From Jimgerdemannia flammicorona (Eukaryota), in contig RBNJ01000282.1 in assembly GCA_003990765.1 (NCBI GenBank), forward strand, positions 1-34,223: a stretch of 34,223 nt of DNA. The letters run 5' to 3'. Numbering within the stretch: position 1 is the stretch's first letter; each line of letters begins with the position of its first letter. The notes beneath the pieces were generated by a model, which saw only the letters and a list, made by a program, of their open reading frames with translations, ran no database searches and was not told where the DNA came from. The position numbers and the translations under genes are program-made. Positions 33,150-34,223 of this stretch are shown piece after piece.

Positions 33150-33630
33150 AAGTACTACCACAGCCCTCAAGATCATCAGTGCTATACAGCAAGCTATAGA
33201 AAGACAATGGTATACTACTGAGCTACTGACCATAGAAGAATCCTTTGACAGCATATAGAGTATAGTCCAGATACACTTATTATAAATCTTATACTTTAAA
33301 GCCTACCAGAACTAAACTAAGTTTCAAGAATACTTCAAGTTGGGACAGCTACTAAACTTATAGCTAGATATGGAAAAAGAAGACTAGATTAGAGAGTACT
33401 AGCTTTTTCATGCTTAGATTATAACTGCCAAATAAGTTAATAAGATATTTAAGAATAATGAGCCAGCTCTAGTCTATCTTTATAGAGTAGTCTCAAGAGA
33501 CTTTGAATATATCAAGAGATATTACTGAGAGTATAATGGTACAAATCATACAGTATAAGGAAATACAAATTGTAAAAGCTTGAAAGTTTGAATAAGATAT
33601 TTTAGAGATGAATCATCTATTTAGGAGGAA
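33150..33630 (+). pseudogene. ORF3 remnant of element A, between integrase and PPT
   Basis: FQEYFKLGQLL (33322) and ITAK*VNKIFKNNEPALVYLYRVVSRDFEYI (33421) match the motif pattern of B's LTR ORF. Confidence 0.6.
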
Positions 33631-33632
33631 GT

Positions 33633-34137
33633 TGTAACAGTTGATCTAAATTAGAAATATGAATCAGAGGAATTAGACATTTGATTGTAGTATCTGAACC
33701 CAATTTCCAATATAGTATAGCTTTACAAATAGTAGTCATTATTATTTTGCAACTGTTAAAGTTTTTATAAATGTTAAACTCTTTATAGATATTGAAGATT
33801 TTGTAGATATTAAACTTTTGGCAATTATTGAAGTTTTAGCAAATGTTAAAAGATTTAATACTTGTGAAAAGTGACTTACAGAAAATATAGTTACATATAG
33901 CTTAGCCACCCTATAGCTAGTAAACTTGTATAAATATTCTGGTATCTAGAGTAAATTAACTTTAGATCAAAATAGTTCAAAGCAAAGAAAAAGTAAAGGA
34001 ACTAGTAAGCCTGTAGGCAGATATACTCTGAACTCACTCCCCTATACTCTGAGGACTCCATGAGAGTCAGAACAAGTCAAGTTTTCAAGATACAGAAATC
34101 TGCCATACTTTTAAGGTTAGATATCTGCTATATTACA
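33633..34137 (+). repeat. 3' LTR of element A
   Basis: TGTAACAGTTGATCT...TATTACA, followed by TSD CTAT. Confidence 0.93.
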
Positions 34138-34223
34138 CTATATAGCTATTCCAATCTTATAATTTACCTCTATTGAGCCAGATATATTATACTATATTTG
34201 ATAATAGAATAACTCAAAAACTC

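Larger units (their letters stand above)
21..34137 (+). mobile_element. Element A: degenerate Ty3/Gypsy LTR retrotransposon, outermost element of the nest
   Basis: Direct repeats 21-501 and 33633-34137. TSD CTAT at 17-20 and 34138-34141. PBS-like ACTTGGTGCC follows the 5' LTR and purine tract TTAGGAGGAAG precedes the 3' LTR. Domain order is gag-PR-dUTPase-RT-RH-INT, and the integrase rejoins in frame when G and B are removed. Confidence 0.95.

Noticed and set aside
33150..33630. env gene in the post-integrase position
   Set aside because: No signal peptide, furin site or transmembrane anchor is visible, and the region is too short.

Overview
Eukaryotic, most likely fungal (an early-diverging lineage is my inference), heterochromatin-type window with no host genes. 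It is a single nest of eight transposable elements whose junctions I could resolve by eye. (A) Outer Ty3/Gypsy LTR element, 21-34137 (+), 4-bp TSD CTAT. Its integrase is interrupted by (G) a hAT-type MITE, 4786-9826, 8-bp TSD, which itself holds (F) a Penelope-like retroelement, 5018-9495. A's integrase is also interrupted by (B) a related Gypsy element, 10138-32452 (-), with 1.5-kb LTRs and 4-bp TSD. B contains (E) a 1.2-kb poly(A)/TSD retroposed insert, (C) a chromodomain Gypsy, 18407-30338 (-), 5-bp TSD, and (H) a second hAT MITE in its 5' LTR. C contains (D) an apparently full-length L1/Tx1-like LINE, 20360-26249 (+). Most ORFs are decayed by C>T/G>A transitions. The most unusual points are: an endonuclease-less, non-telomeric Penelope-like element with a fold-back inverted left end and a likely -1 frameshift; a conserved stop plus 25-nt, +1-frame break between RNase H and integrase in A and B; an unknown ORF3 shared by A and B and located inside B's LTR; and dUTPase domains at two different positions in two Gypsy lineages.
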